From Nageia nagi (lineage: Eukaryota; Plantae; Pinophyta), in assembly GCA_050084985.1 (NCBI GenBank), contig JBITNC010000001.1, positions 18,538,001-18,602,000 on the forward strand: a DNA stretch of 64,000 nt, written 5' to 3'. A program made the position numbers and the translations under genes. How positions within the stretch are numbered: the first letter of the stretch is position 1; each line of letters opens with the position of its first letter. Positions 26,561 through 40,791 of this stretch are shown here, in pieces. Below the pieces are notes generated by a model. That model was not told the origin of the DNA, did not search any database, and saw nothing but the letters and a program-made list of their open reading frames with translations.

Positions 26561-29160
26561 GTGAATATTTGTACTTGTACAAAAATTAACCTTTATGAAA
26601 ATTTCATTCGGCTATTTTGGTGGACTTGCCTTTCTATCTATTAGCCAAAATTTTATAGAAAAAATAAGGAAAAATCTACTTTAACCAAATTCATGAAATT
26701 AACTATAATATTATAGCCATTTTTTTAAAATGCAGGATTTGGCTTGTTTAGCCTAGAAATTATAATTGGTATCATTTATTCCAACATAATCACCTCTTAT
26801 TACCCCACATATAAACTAAATGTATTGTGAGATATGATACTCTGACAAGCCACTCAATCTAAAGCTAATGAGGTGCATGATTTAGTTTTGAAGAAAATAT
26901 TTTAGAACTTTGGATAATCTAATCAGGAATCTCCATCACAATGATAGAAATACAAGGTATGCAAAGTTGTGAAATAATCTAGTTTTAAATTTTCTATTTT
27001 TTGCTATGTCAATCAAACCATATCAATCTAGCCATGTCCATAAAGCCCTATTGATCAGACCTTGTCATCCCATTCTACATTAGATGCAGAACATTTTCCT
27101 GATACATATATCTTGTTATTCATATCTTTCACTAATGAACTTATAATAATAATAATAACTTCAACTTGATTATCAAATAAACGATCCTTCTCAACCATGA
27201 ATCTTTGGACTACAAAAGCTTTATGAGAATAATCAAGCCTTGTTAATAATGCCTTATCGATAAAACATTATTGTTCCATTTTGTATAAGATGTATAACAT
27301 TGGTTTGATACATGGTTATCTTGCTATTCATGTCTTTCACTAATGAACTTGTAACAATAATAACTTCAACTTGATTATCAAATAAACCATCCTTCTCAAC
27401 CTCATATTTTTAGATTGGAAAAGATTTATGACAATACTCAATCCCTATTAATAATGCCTTATTGATAAAATATTATAATCCCATTATGCATAAGATGTAG
27501 AACATTGGCTTGATATATATCAATCTTGCTACTCATGTCTTTCACTAATGAACTTGTAGTTCAATAATGACATCCACTTGATTATCAATTAAATCATCCT
27601 TCTCAACCTTGTATATTTGGACTAGAATAACTTTGTGATAATAATCAAGCCATATCGATATTGCCTTGTTAATAAAACCATGTCAATCAAACCTTATTAG
27701 GAAAAATATTAATGATGAATATTTGTACTTGTACAAAAATTGACCATTTTGAAATTTTCATTTGGCTATTTTGGTGGACCTGCCTCTCTATCTATTAGCC
27801 AAAATTTTATAGAAAAAAGTGGGAAAAAATGTACTTTAGCCAAAGTTGTGAAATTAACTATAATACTATAGCCATTTTTAAAATGTGGGATCTCACCCTT
27901 TTAGCTAGAAATTATAATTGATGTTATTTATTTCAACCTAATCACCTCTTATTACCCCATATATAAACTAAATATGTTGTGAGATATGATACTTCGATAA
28001 GCCACTCGATCTAAAGGTAGTGAGGTGCACAATTTAGTTTTGAAGAAAATAAATTAGAACTTTGGATAATCTAATCGAGAATCTCCATCAAAATGATAGA
28101 AACACAACGTATACAAATATGCAAAATAATCTAGTTTCAATTTTTTTAATTTCTACCATGTCGAGCTAGCCATGTCAATCTAGCCATATCGATCAAGCCA
28201 TGTCGATCAATCCATGTTGACCAAGCCATGTCATCAGACCTTATCGATTAAAATATGTTAATCAAGCCCTATTTATTAGACCTTATTGATCAGACCTTGT
28301 TGATCACATCTTATCGATCAAACCTTGTTGATCATGCCTTGTTGATCACACCTTGTTGTCCCATTCTGCATAAGATGTAGAACATTTTCCTAATACATAT
28401 CTTGATATTCATGTCTTTCACTAATGAACTTGTAGCAATAATAACTTCAACTTGATTATCAAATAAAATATTCTTCTCAACCATGTATCTTTTGTACTAG
28501 AAAAGCTTTGTAACAATAATCAAGCCCTATCAATAATGCCTTATCGATAAAACCTTGTCATCCCATTTTGCATAAGATGTAGAACATTGGCCTAATACAT
28601 ATTTGTCTTGATATTCATGTATTTTATTAATGAACTTGTAACAATAATAACCTCCACTATATTATCAAATAAATTATCCTTCTCAACCCTATATCTTTGG
28701 ATTGGAAAAGCTTTGTGATAATATTCAAGTACTATCAATAATGCCTTATCGATAAAACCTTGTCATCCCATTCTGCATAAGATTATGAACACTGGCTTGA
28801 TACATATTTTTCTTGTTATTCATGTCTTTCACTAATGAACTTGTAATAATAATAACCTCCACTATATTATCAAATAAATTATCCTTCTTAACCCTATATC
28901 TTTAGTCTGGAACAACTTTGTGATAATAATCATGCCCTATCAATATTGCCTTGTCTATCAAACCATGTTGATCAAGCCTTCTTATCCCATTCTCCATAAG
29001 ATGTAGAACGTTGTCCTGATACATATTTATCTTGCTATTCATGTCTTTCACTAATGAACTTATGATAATAATAACCTCAACTTGATTATCAAATAAACAA
29101 TCCTTATCAACCTTGTACCTTTGGACTGGAAAAGCTTTGTTATAATAATCAACCTTTGTG
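26560..29160. repeat. Higher-order tandem repeat: a ~500-bp block plus ~205-bp units, duplicated
   Basis: 26560-27060 is repeated at ~27715-28200. The anchor ctttcactaatgaactt recurs at 27126, 27334, 27539, 28415, ~28621, 28826 and 29045. 13-14-bp atcaagccatgtcg-type repeats at 28150-28350. Confidence 0.88.
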
Positions 29161-29348
29161 ATAAGTAAATTACTCTCTTTCTATTGCAAGAGATATTATA
29201 GGTTATATTAATGCACCTCAATCTAATAAGAGACAAAGAGTATTGGGTTGTATTTTAATAAAAATTTTGATATCAAAGATACCAATTTTTATTGTAAACT
29301 TATCTAATTTTTTTTATAATTTTCATCATTGTTTATTAATTACGATAA

Positions 29349-31920
29349 ATGGATGCAAGGACATCATTAGAAAATGCAAAAGATATGCCACCACTCCAGG
29401 ATGACATTGACGTTGAGGAGGTAATAGATAATAATGATGAAATGGAAAATGATATTCTACTTATAGTATATCACAAAATAGAATACACTATGAAAATGCT
29501 TCAAATAAAGAGTCCACTAATGCTTCAAATAGTACGCGAGATACACAAAATACTGAGAATAGATATACATTGAAAGATGCTTCATAAAAATAAAAAAGGA
29601 AGTACTTGAAGAGGATGACTCCAAGCAAATGGACATTTGGAAGGACTTTTCATCTTGATTGGGCATCAACATATCCAATGATTAAATTAATAGAGTCAAA
29701 AACCTTTGGTAAATAGCCAACTGAATGTATACGCAAATCTTGCAGTTGGAAAATGTGTAAGGATCATAAACCTTAACTCATGCTAGACACAATTCAAAAA
29801 CATTGTGGGAAAATTTACATGACAAAAATGGTAGATGGAAAGAAGGTTACATAAATAAGGAAGAATACTAAAGCAAATTGCATGCATCTGAGATATGAAA
29901 AGGAGTGTAAAGAATTTCTTAAACATCAATCAATTATAGCCAAGAAAGGAGGTACGCTTAAATCTAAATTTGAAAAATAAATGCAAGTAACAATGTTAGC
30001 AAAGTTTATTTAGTTTTCTTTAATCTTCCACATTTTAAAACATGGTAAATTGATGTGTGACTTTGTTCATTTCAAAGAATTGTATTCATTTATTAATATG
30101 TCAAACTTTCCCAACAACCATTGGTCTGAAGGTAGTGCTTGGAAAATGGTAAATGCCTTGCCATAGTTGAGGTAGAAGATTTAAAAGAGAAAGTTAAATG
30201 AGCATAGTTTATCTCTATTTCTATAGACGAGGTGATAGTTATTTACAATACATATTGGCTTTGTATATATTTATACACTATTGAAAATTATTTGCATGAA
30301 CCTCATCTATTTGCAATCCACAAAATGGTGAAGAGTTGTAATTCTAAAAAACGTTTTGAACTAGTTGTATCAAGTTTGAAAGATAAGCTAGAATGGATGA
30401 TCATGCAATTGCAATAAAGTTAATATGTGTTGGAGTAGATGGAGAAGTTGTGATGTAAGGATACAAAAGTGGTCTTTATGTTCATCTTTAGACTCAATTT
30501 GAACCATATATGATACATATACATTGCATGGCTCATAGAATGAACCTTGCTTGCAAAATCATTAAGAAATTCGATTATGTTGTAAAAGTTGAGGACCTTG
30601 TAGATGAAATACACTCTTATTTTTATTGTAGTCCAAAAAGGTTTTTAGAGTTTCAAGAATTTGTAGAAGGAATATCCCAAGGTTAGAAGTTACTTAGAAA
30701 TATGATACAAGATGGATATCCTTATATGAACTTATTCATAGAGTATTTCAAGAGTATCCATCTTTAATAGGTTTAATGTAGATACATTGATTAGATGTTG
30801 ATAAGGTGAAGGATTTGTTAACACATTTGACATATTTGGAGATATTTCTCACATTGTGTGGTATTCTTCCACTATTGGATCAAATACATACTTTGATGAA
30901 ACATGCACAAGAAAGATCAATATATATTTCTGACTTCATAAGTTTGAGGAAACATGTTTGTCTTATGTTGGATAATTTTTATCTTTCCAATGATGAATCC
31001 TTTAAATGATTAAAATTTGAAATTTGGTCAATTATTATATATATTAAGAATCCTCAAAATTTTTTGAAGTTTGAATTGTTTGATAACTTATATATATCAC
31101 TTCGTGAAATTGAGATAAAATTGAAGGTTTGTAATTTCAAATAAGATATTTTAGGTGGTAATATTCAAGAAGTACCAATGAGTAGGTTATTATTTGAAAA
31201 TGCTATATCTAGTACAATGCTAAAGTTGCATAAAATTGGTTAAACTTCAAAAAGTGAAATACACAAACATTTTCAAAGAGATGAGTTACTTGAGGCCATG
31301 GTTGTCGTAAACCCTAGTTTTTGGTATGCACCTCTAGGACAAAGAGAAAATTATATAAAATCTTCATATCAAAAAAAGTATGGTTACATTGGTGAAGCAT
31401 TTTTGTAAACCTTATCAAGTAAATAACATTAACATTTAAAGCATTTTAAATGGTGATCATATAAAGTATCAATCTTCAACTTTTGCATTGACAATGATAG
31501 AGCAATTTAAGGTAATGCCTAACCATGCAAAATATGGTGCAATAGAAAAACTTTGGAGGAAACTTGATATAAGTAATATCTTGCATGATAAAATTAGTGA
31601 GTACTTTTTAGTAACAAAATTGTGTGAGACTATGATCTTAGTTTCCATGGAGGATGAAAGGGTTTTTAGTGTAGTTAGTTTTATCAAATCTGCCCTTCTA
31701 ATAGGTTGGATAAAAATTTGAAAAATTGTATAAGATTATGTGTTTCAAGTTATAAAGTGGAAGAGTTTCCGTATGAAAGGGTTTGCATAATATGTGATAG
31801 TCTTACAAACATAAGATGTTTGACTAAAATTACATCAAATTCTAATAGAAACATTGTAGAGGAATAGTCACAGGAGCAAGATAGGATTGCTAATGGTGTT
31901 AGCCAAGATAAGCATGAATT
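29349..31920 (+). pseudogene. Decayed hAT-superfamily (ZNF862/C17orf113-like) transposase
   Basis: SISIDEV (~30214), CVGVDGEVVM (~30426), IHCMAHRMNL CxxH (~30519), DTRWISL (~30704) and SMEDERVFS (~31645) appear in hAT order. Many stops. Confidence 0.8.
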
Positions 31921-32289
31921 TTAGGAAATAATAAATCTTCATTTTTAAGATGCAATTCCTTTTTTAATTTGATATTTTTATCAAGTAACAAGTTCCATTA
32001 GTTTAAAGTTGATTATGATTTACCTTATATCATTTATATCTAATATCTTGTATAATAGAACTTGAATTTGCTCTATATTGTACTATAACTCAAACATATT
32101 ATTATTAATTTTATTATTTTTTTTGTATATTTCAAATTATTATTTAATCAAATTATTGTTAAATATTTTTATTAATTAATCAAGTTATAGATTCATTGTT
32201 AATTATCTCAATGAATTAGAAAATACTTTTTATCCAAAGGATTTAGCCTAATTTTTATCCCAAAGTAATATCTACAATTTTTTTATGGG

Positions 32290-32950
32290 AAAACATAGAA
32301 AAATAGGCATCTTTACTAAAGTGAGCTTTTCAATAATTCATAATAAGCATGTAATAACATTCAAAAAATAGAGTAGAAAGCATAATTTTGCTATGAGAAA
32401 ATATTTATTTATAACTGAGCAACTAAAATATTTGTATTCTCTCAATACAGTAATTCAACAATTAACATAGAAAAATAAGTATCTTTCCTAAAGTGAGATT
32501 TTCAATAATTCATAATAAGCATGTAATAAGATTTGAACAATAGAGTAGAAAGCACAATTTTGTAATGGAAAAATATTTCAAACACTTATAACTGAGCAAC
32601 TAGAATATTTGTATTCTCTATATACAGTAATTCAATAATTAACATAGAAAAGTAATCATGTTTCTTAAAGTGAGCTTTGCAACAATTCATAATAAGCATA
32701 TCATAAAATTTAAAAAATAAAGTTAAAAACATAATTTTGCTATGGGAAAATATTTTAGACATTTATAATTGAGTAACTAGAATATTTGTCTTCTCTCAAT
32801 ACAAGAATTCAACAATTAACATAGAAAACTAAGCATCTTTCCTAAAGTGAGCTTTTCAATAATTCATAATAAGTATGTCATAACATTCAAAAAATAGAGT
32901 AAAAATCACAATTAACATAACATAATAAGTATATCATAACATTCAAGAGA
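32290..32950. repeat. Tandem repeat of ~175-bp units, about 3.5 copies
   Basis: aacatagaaaa...aaagtgagcttttcaataattcataataagc starts at 32292, 32464, 32641 and 32818. Confidence 0.9.
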
Positions 32951-33049
32951 GTAACTAAAAAATAAATATCATTACATTCAAACAACATAATCAAAAGTAG
33001 TTCACATCAACCCAACGAACTCCCGAGTCCTAAGAAAACAACCACAATG

Positions 33050-35800
33050 TCTTAAGAAGTTTCGCCAATATGCATTTCATCACTAACAATAAAAGGATTT
33101 CAAGGGATAATAGTAGGTTCACTAGCAACAAGATCACTAACACTAGGAATACCTATAACACTAGGAGCAACAATAAGATCACCAATAGCAGGAACATCAA
33201 AAACTTATTCAAATTATTATTGATCCACACAATCATGAGCAGCTAATTCTAATCTTCTATTTTTAATATTTGTTGTAAGTTTAAATTCATTTGGTTCCTT
33301 TAACATTTCTTTTGATTCAGCTACCTATTATTTCAAAATATCCTCCACTTCCAATCCTTGATCTTCCATAAACTTTCAAAGGACCTTCTTCTGCTTTCTC
33401 AATTTGTTCTTCTTTTTCTTCAAATCTTTAGCTCCAACTAAACTTTTGTTTGCATAATCTCTATAAATGATGGAAAGTCTCATTGAAGAATTTAAAATTT
33501 CATATTTTGCCTACAAATTAAGTCAAAAACATAATTTACTATGTACAGTATAAACCTATAATTTGGAAAAAAAATGCATAAAATTAATATCATATACCTA
33601 TGTGACCTCCAACTCAATTCAAGCAATTTCAATCTCAATATGATCCTATCTCTATTTGTTATAATACGTGAATGTATTGATATTCAAATTTTTAAGATGA
33701 TTTAAAATCACCTTCAATACATGATCATCATATGGGGACTGAGTTCTCACAGTACCCACTTGTGCAACATTTAAAAGAGAGTCAAATATTTTAGGTTTTG
33801 TCTCCAACTTCAAAAATATTTCTTCATGTTGTGTTTGTTGTTCTGATCGCACTTTAATCTCCTTTATCATTATCTTATCCTGAAACTCCCAATCCCGAAA
33901 AATCTTGTAAGTGCTTATGAAATTTCTCAAAATCACCTTTGACTTCCTTTGCTTATGAATTTTGGATTGGAAAATATAGAGCCTCAAGCATAGTATTTGT
34001 AACTTATGCTATTGTTGTAGGATGTGATACCATTTGGGCTACAAACTCTTTAGGATTGAATGCCATCATGACTTTGTCATTATTAGTCCTCTTCAAATAC
34101 TTTTAACTTGGACAACCCCAAAGTACTAGAAAGTTGTATCATATCAATAGGAAACAAGGGAAAGAGTTTCTCTTTGTTCCTATTTGAAATAGACAAGATA
34201 TGTGGTTTGTCTAACTCAATTGTTCTAGCACTCTGAGGAGGAGGTCACAGATGTGATGACAAAGGTGATTGATGTTGTTGAGCTAGTCAAGGAAGCTAAG
34301 TTGATCAAGGTTCCTCCAATATAGGAATATGCTTTCCTCTTCCAAGTGATAACATATGAGGAGCTCCAAATAAAGGAGAACCATAATAAATCACAATAAA
34401 TAAAAAAATTAATAAAAAAAAATTGAAAATAAATTCCTATGAGTTGATGTTGCGAGCTTGTTGTTTCAACCATGATCTACAAATATATATCAAAAATATT
34501 AGTTTAACATCATTTGATAGAAATTAACACATTCAAAAATATAGATTTTATCAAATATTTAAAACCTACTTTGAGTTTGAGTCTTCAAGGGGATTGTAGG
34601 CTCTTGCAATTGACCAATCATCTTAGTCTTTTATTTTTTTGTGGGCAGAGTGGGTGTTTGATATTCTTCATCATCTAAATTAGTATCATTCCATAATGTT
34701 TGAACTGTAGTCTCTTATTGAGCCTCTATATCTTCTTATTCTTCAAACAAATTTAACATTTTCCCTGCTTGACATTACTTGTTCAAGCGAGCTACATTTT
34801 CCTACATAACAGAAAAACTTAAACTTATTAGAATAAAAATAATCACATATATTTTAAAAATTATCTAAGTCATTAATTTTACCTTAATTTCACATAGAAT
34901 CATTGAATATTGCATAATTAAAGAAGCATTGTATGTTGGTGGTTGAATAAATAAATCATCTTTGATCTTAAATAAACTTTCATAATACAAAGTTAATAAT
35001 AGTTCCCTCCAAAGAAATAAAAGTCTTTTGGACTAATTCTTATTACTTTCAACTAAAGCTTAAGCCTCTAGTATATGTGGCTACACTAGTTGGATTTTTT
35101 ACCCAAAAATATTTGGCCCATGTAGTGAACACCCCAAATAGGCATATCTATGAACCTTCCTTGCATGATAAGATGACCTACAAAGAATTCCATCACTGCT
35201 TGGAAAAATTCATTTTGAATAGTGTGGACTTTCCTTCCCTTGTTGTATTTATCCAAACTACTTGAAAAAAATACATACATGGCTTAAAAAATAAACATAC
35301 TGAAAAATATAATTCAAAATACTTGAAAAACTATAAAAACATTTCTAGTTTTACCTTATTTAGAAGTTGTTAATGATATAGTGCTATTCATATCAATATC
35401 AAACTTAGTATTTAAAATTTTCAATTCTTTTGTAGTGAAGTCTCTAAGAATTCAGCCTTGTGTCTGAACAGGTTCACCATCATGTGGTAGATGAGTGAGG
35501 CATTGAATATCCTTTGGTTTGATAGAAAATGAAAAATTCTACCCATCCTAAGATTTGAAATGGAATTAGAGTACATCATTGTAGGATTCTAATATTTGAT
35601 CCATTAAATGACTTTCTAACCTGAGAATAGGCATAAATATGAGGTTAATAATACCAACATTGGTCATCCATGCATAAGGATATGGACTATCCTTCCAATG
35701 AAGTAACCTCTATTAGTTGAGACAAAAGAAAGTTAGATTCTATAAGATTTTAGATTTTGTCCATAGAATGGCAAATAGGGCCATGAGTAGAATGTTGGGA
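33050..35800 (-). pseudogene. Decayed five-exon gene of unknown family, convergent with the transposase
   Basis: Four short AT-rich GT-AG introns at 33511-33597, 34477-34569, 34802-34882 and ~35258-35354 separate coding-like stretches that contain stops. Confidence 0.55.
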
Positions 35801-36029
35801 CTAAAAGTAGGAGAGCAAAAATGATAGAAAATGACTATTGGGACTAAATTTAGAAGGTGAAAATCAAATAAATTATTGAAAAAAGCTATTTATAAACATA
35901 TCAATTATTGGAAGACATGCTTCAAACATACGAAGCATTTGAGTGAGAGTTGGCCATGCATCAAGCATCAAACATATCTCACTAATGACAAGCATGAGAA
36001 TTTAATGCAGGTAGGTGGTAGCATGTATT

Positions 36030-36490
36030 AAAAAAATAACATGGCTTGAACACCATGGGACCAATGCCATGGCTTCAATAATGTGGAGCCAATGATAAGG
36101 CTAAATGATAAAATATAAATAACATGGCATAAATGATATGGTTTAAACAACATAGCATGAATGACATGGATTAAGCAACATAACATAAATGACATGACAT
36201 GATCGATGAGACTTAAATGACATAGCATAAGCGACATGGTTTAAGCAACATGTCTTAAGCAAAATGACTTAAGAAACATGACTTAAGCAACATGGCTTAA
36301 GCAAAATGGATTAGATGATATGAGATTAGCAACATGGTCTAGGCAGCATGATTTTATTGACCTGATCTTATCATCATGCCTCCAATGATAAGACTTGGGT
36401 GCGTGGAACCAATGACATGACTTTCCCGATAAGGATTTCCCAACATGGCTTGCTTGACCTAGCTTGAATGATATGGCCTTCCCTACCTGA
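36030..36490. repeat. Degenerate 13-14-bp repeat array (acatggcttaagca-like)
   Basis: Repeated acatgg/acatga...ttaagca motifs, roughly the reverse complement of the aagccatgt motifs at 27000-28350. Confidence 0.7.
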
Positions 36491-37814
36491 ACTAATGATC
36501 ATTTCATATCATTTTCCTATCTTGTCAAATGTCTAATCTCTACATGCCAAATATCTTGTCTACTCATATAGGCCTGCATGCTTGCCACCTATCCCATATT
36601 ATCATACATTTAAATGCATGGATATTTTCCACTTGTTGAATTTGGAATAACTAATCACATGTGCTAATATTCTATAAATAGCACTTTGTATTCATCATTC
36701 TCAACAATATTTCTACACATCACTTTCATCTAAATCCCTTCCATTTTTTAAAAATCTTTTATGAAATTCCTTTTAACCTACTAGGGTGCCTCATTATAAT
36801 CTTCTATGGTGTGTTTAAGTGGTGTACATAATGCACTTGAATTCACTACAACTTTTTAGTGCATTTACAAATAGTGAATCTAATTATTCTCAAATTTGAA
36901 GGTAATGCAACATACAACATTACGTCTAATTCATCGTAGTCATAGTTGAGGCAGATTGAAGAGGATGGAGACTACCATAGGGTATAAAAATATTTTTCAG
37001 ACTTCATTATAAAATCTAGGAAATTCTCTACACTCTTGTAGAAGTAATGTTGTATTATTGCATTATCTTCAAGTGTGCATTTTTCATTTTTTGAAATACT
37101 ATTTCAAACATTATTAATTTTAATTTTTTGCGATATGGGCTTTAATCCTTTTTATATTTAAATTATATATATATATAATATTAATTTTAATTATTATACA
37201 AATGATGAATTATTTTGAAACACTATTTATAAATAACTACTGCTACTTCCCTGCTATATGTGTGGAACCTCAACTTTGTGAAGACCAAAGTTGGAAACTA
37301 TGGACTATCGCAGCTTCACAGAGATGGATTTAGGCATAGTGGGAGATTGTAGTAACTTCTGAATGAGCCAAGTGGTGTTAATGCTTTCCCAACACTGCTT
37401 TAAATGATGTTGAAGTTTTTCCAACTCTTTGAATGATGTCTTCAAAGTTGAATATAGAATTTCTTTAGTTCTTCCATGGATTGCTCAAAATAAGGAGCAG
37501 TTTCAAAGTACCATTTATATCATATTTCTTGGTCAATTTGAATACATAGTGATAGTATCCATAATTCCAATATACATTATAAATAATTATATTAATAAAA
37601 AATATATTTTAATTATTATATTAGGCTATAATTTCCTCATTTTTTAATTTGAAATTAGCCTTTCATAGCCATGTTTTCGTGGTTTCATAAGATATATTTC
37701 TAAATAAAATAAACATGTGTTGTTCCATTTAGCCTAATTTTCTACAAGGTAGGATCATTTTTCACCACAAATTTATAATTTTTTTTTCATGGAGTTTTGT
37801 TAAAATTTACTTGT

Positions 37815-40350
37815 TCTCCTATCTTATTGGTTCGAAAGAAGGATGGATCCTAGCATATGTGCATTGACTTTCAAGCTCTCAATAAAATCATGATGAAAGA
37901 TAAGTTCCCTATTCCTATCATTGATAAATTGATAGATGAATCACATGGTGTCATCTCCAAATTAGATTTGTGATTGGGCTATCATCAAATTCGGTTCCAT
38001 GAAGAGGATATTCCAAAAGTAGCCTTTTGCACACATGAAGGTTATTATGAATTTTTGATGATGCCATTCAGCCTTACCAATGCTTCTTCAACATTTCAAA
38101 GATTGATGAAGTAGGTATTCTAAACCTAACTTAAAAAATTTGTTTTGGTTTTCTTTGATGATATTTTGATCTACAACAAAACTTTGGAGGACCATCTAGC
38201 TCACCTAGATCAAACTCTGTAAACACTTTAAGATAATCAATTATATGCTAAGCATTTAAAATGTTCTTTTGGATAGTAAGAGGTTGAATATCTTGGACAT
38301 ATCATCTTATAGGAAGGTACCAAAGTTGATTCCTAGAAAATTGTAGATATGAAAAGTTGGTTGTTACCTAAATCCCTCAAGGGGTTACATGGCTTCCTTA
38401 GATTGACAAGCTACTACCACAAGTTTGTGAAGGATTATGGAAAGATTGCTACCTTTCTCATAGCCTTACTCAAGAAAGACTCTTTTAAGTGGTCCCCCAT
38501 TACAGAGGAATCATTTTGTAAATTAAAATAGGCCATATATGCCACCCAATTTTGTACGTACCCAATTTTTCTAAAATATTCATATTTGAGAGTGATGCTT
38601 TGGGAGTAGGGATCGATGCAATCCTAATGCAAGAAGGTAGACCCTTAGCTTTTACTAGCAAGGAATTTTTGGGCTACAATTTGGCCAAATCAATATATGA
38701 AAAAGAAATGATGTCCATTATTCATGCTATTCAAAGGTGGCAACCACATATCATAGGTATACATTTCATCATTCGTACAGATCATCATATCCTAAAGTAT
38801 TTTATGGAGCAAAGAATTTTGACCTAAGAGAAATAAAAATGGGTGACTAAATTATTAGGATATGGAAATGAGATAGTGTATCAAAAGGGGCAATAAAATA
38901 TAGTGGTGTATGCCCTTTCATAAAAATTTGAAGAATCGATAACTCTCTAAGCAATATTCTCTTTGATTCCTAGTTGGATAGAGCAAGTTAAACAAGAGTG
39001 GTCCCAAGATGAATCTACTCAATCATTAATCAATAAAAATTCATATTAAACCTAATACCAATCCTAATATCTCTTAGTAGGATGGGATCCTACCCTTCAA
39101 GACCTAAATTGACATTCTACCTCCCACATATGCATGTTGAGAAATGATACTCAAAGACCTACAATCTACACCATTAGTGGGACATTCAGGGTTTCTCAAG
39201 ACTTACAAAAGAGTCGTTCAATATTTTTACTATATAAGTATGAAATAAGATATTAAGAGATTTATTGCTAAATATGATGTACTTTATTAATGCTAGAAGG
39301 GGGAGATAGTTGACACTCTAGGATTGCTCTAGCTCTTGCCCATTCCTACTCACACTTGGATTGGTATTTCGATAGATTTCATCAAGGGCCTTCCAAGGTA
39401 TCATGGCAAATTTGTTATCATGGTGGTGGTCGATAGGTTGTCCAAATGTGCACATTTTTTTCCTAGCTCATCTATTCAAAGCTATCAATGTGGCCTAGTT
39501 TTTCATTGATAATGTTTTGAAACTCCATGGTATGCCATCTACCATAGTCAACGATCGAGACACAACCTTCACCAATAATGTTTGGAAGGAATTTTTCAAG
39601 CTTCAAGGAACCCAAATCAACATGATTTTTGCATATCATCCCTAGACCGATGGTCAGACATAAATTATTAATAAGTTCATATAGACTTATTTACATTTTT
39701 TTTGCATATGCACAACCAATTCATTAGATTAGGTGGCTAACCTTGGAATAATGGTGGTATAACACTTCATATCATATGGTTATCAAAATGACCCCATATG
39801 AAGCATTATATGGGAATACACCATCCACTATATCCTCTTATGTTCTAGGCAACATAAATGTTTAGGCGGTTAATATAGAATTAACCAATTGGGTGGATAT
39901 TCTTCATCTTTTATAGGAAAATTTGCAGATTACTCAACATCGAATGAAACAATAGGTTGATCAACAAAGAGTATTCTAATAAGGAGATAGGGTATTTTTG
40001 TGGCTTCAACCATATCATTAGTAATCTCTTAAACATAAAGGATCTTAGAAATTAGCTCCAAAATTCTAAATGCACTACAAAATTCTCTAATGCATTGGAC
40101 CAATTGCATATAAGTTGGAGTTACCAACCTCCTCTAAGATTCACCTAGTCTTTCATGTCTCATGTCTTAAGAACGTGTTGGGATCAAATGTTTAGACTCA
40201 AATAGACTTGATAGAGTTTATGAATGAGGGGGCCATCAAGATGAAACTTGAAGTAGTTCTTGAACAACATACTCATCAGCTTTGTAATCAGAGCATCACT
40301 AAAGTTCTTATCTAGTGGCATGACTTAGCAACTGAAGATGCAACTTGGCA
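37815..40350 (+). mobile_element. Decayed chromovirus pol (RT-RH-INT-chromodomain), truncated
   Basis: [46 protein letters not shown] and WHDLATEDATW. Cut at 40350 by an LTR-like block. Confidence 0.88.
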
Positions 40351-40791
40351 TGTTAGGATCCCATATCCTAACATTTAATTAGGTTTAATTATGATTAATA
40401 TTTATTTTAATTATCAAATTATACTAACTTGTTATGTAAACCATAATATTTTGTAAGGTGAATCACCAATTTGAATTAAACCACCAATTAGGGTTAGGGT
40501 AGGAAGTCTATAAATATGTGCATGAGGGGTAAAGAGAGGAATATGGAAAACCAATTATCTTTTGAGTTGTAAAGATTAAGTCACCTCAAAGTGGCCTATG
40601 ATTCCTATTGCTATTAGTAAAGTTATTATGTTATGTTATTTGGTTATTAATCTAAGCGCATTGTTCTAATTACTTTACTTGTATTTTTAATCTATGGTTA
40701 TTTCATATTGTAATCTTTCCCTTGGTATTTGGGATAAAATCCCTTTTCAATTATGCTATGTTCTTAACTTATGTCTATGATATGATTTTGA
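40351..40791. mobile_element. LTR-like fragment that is the target of the intact Copia (it resumes after 49987)
   Basis: Starts TGTTAGG abruptly inside the chromodomain and has a TATAAAT at ~40509. No TSD or PBS was found. Confidence 0.5.

Noticed and set aside
37240-37570. Coding-like minus-strand stretch
   Set aside because: It contains stops and has no recognisable domain or splice structure that I can support.
40488-40499. TTAGGG-type telomere motif (also ggttagggtta in the Copia LTRs)
   Set aside because: Two copies at most. Such telo-box-like motifs are common in plant LTRs and this is not an array.
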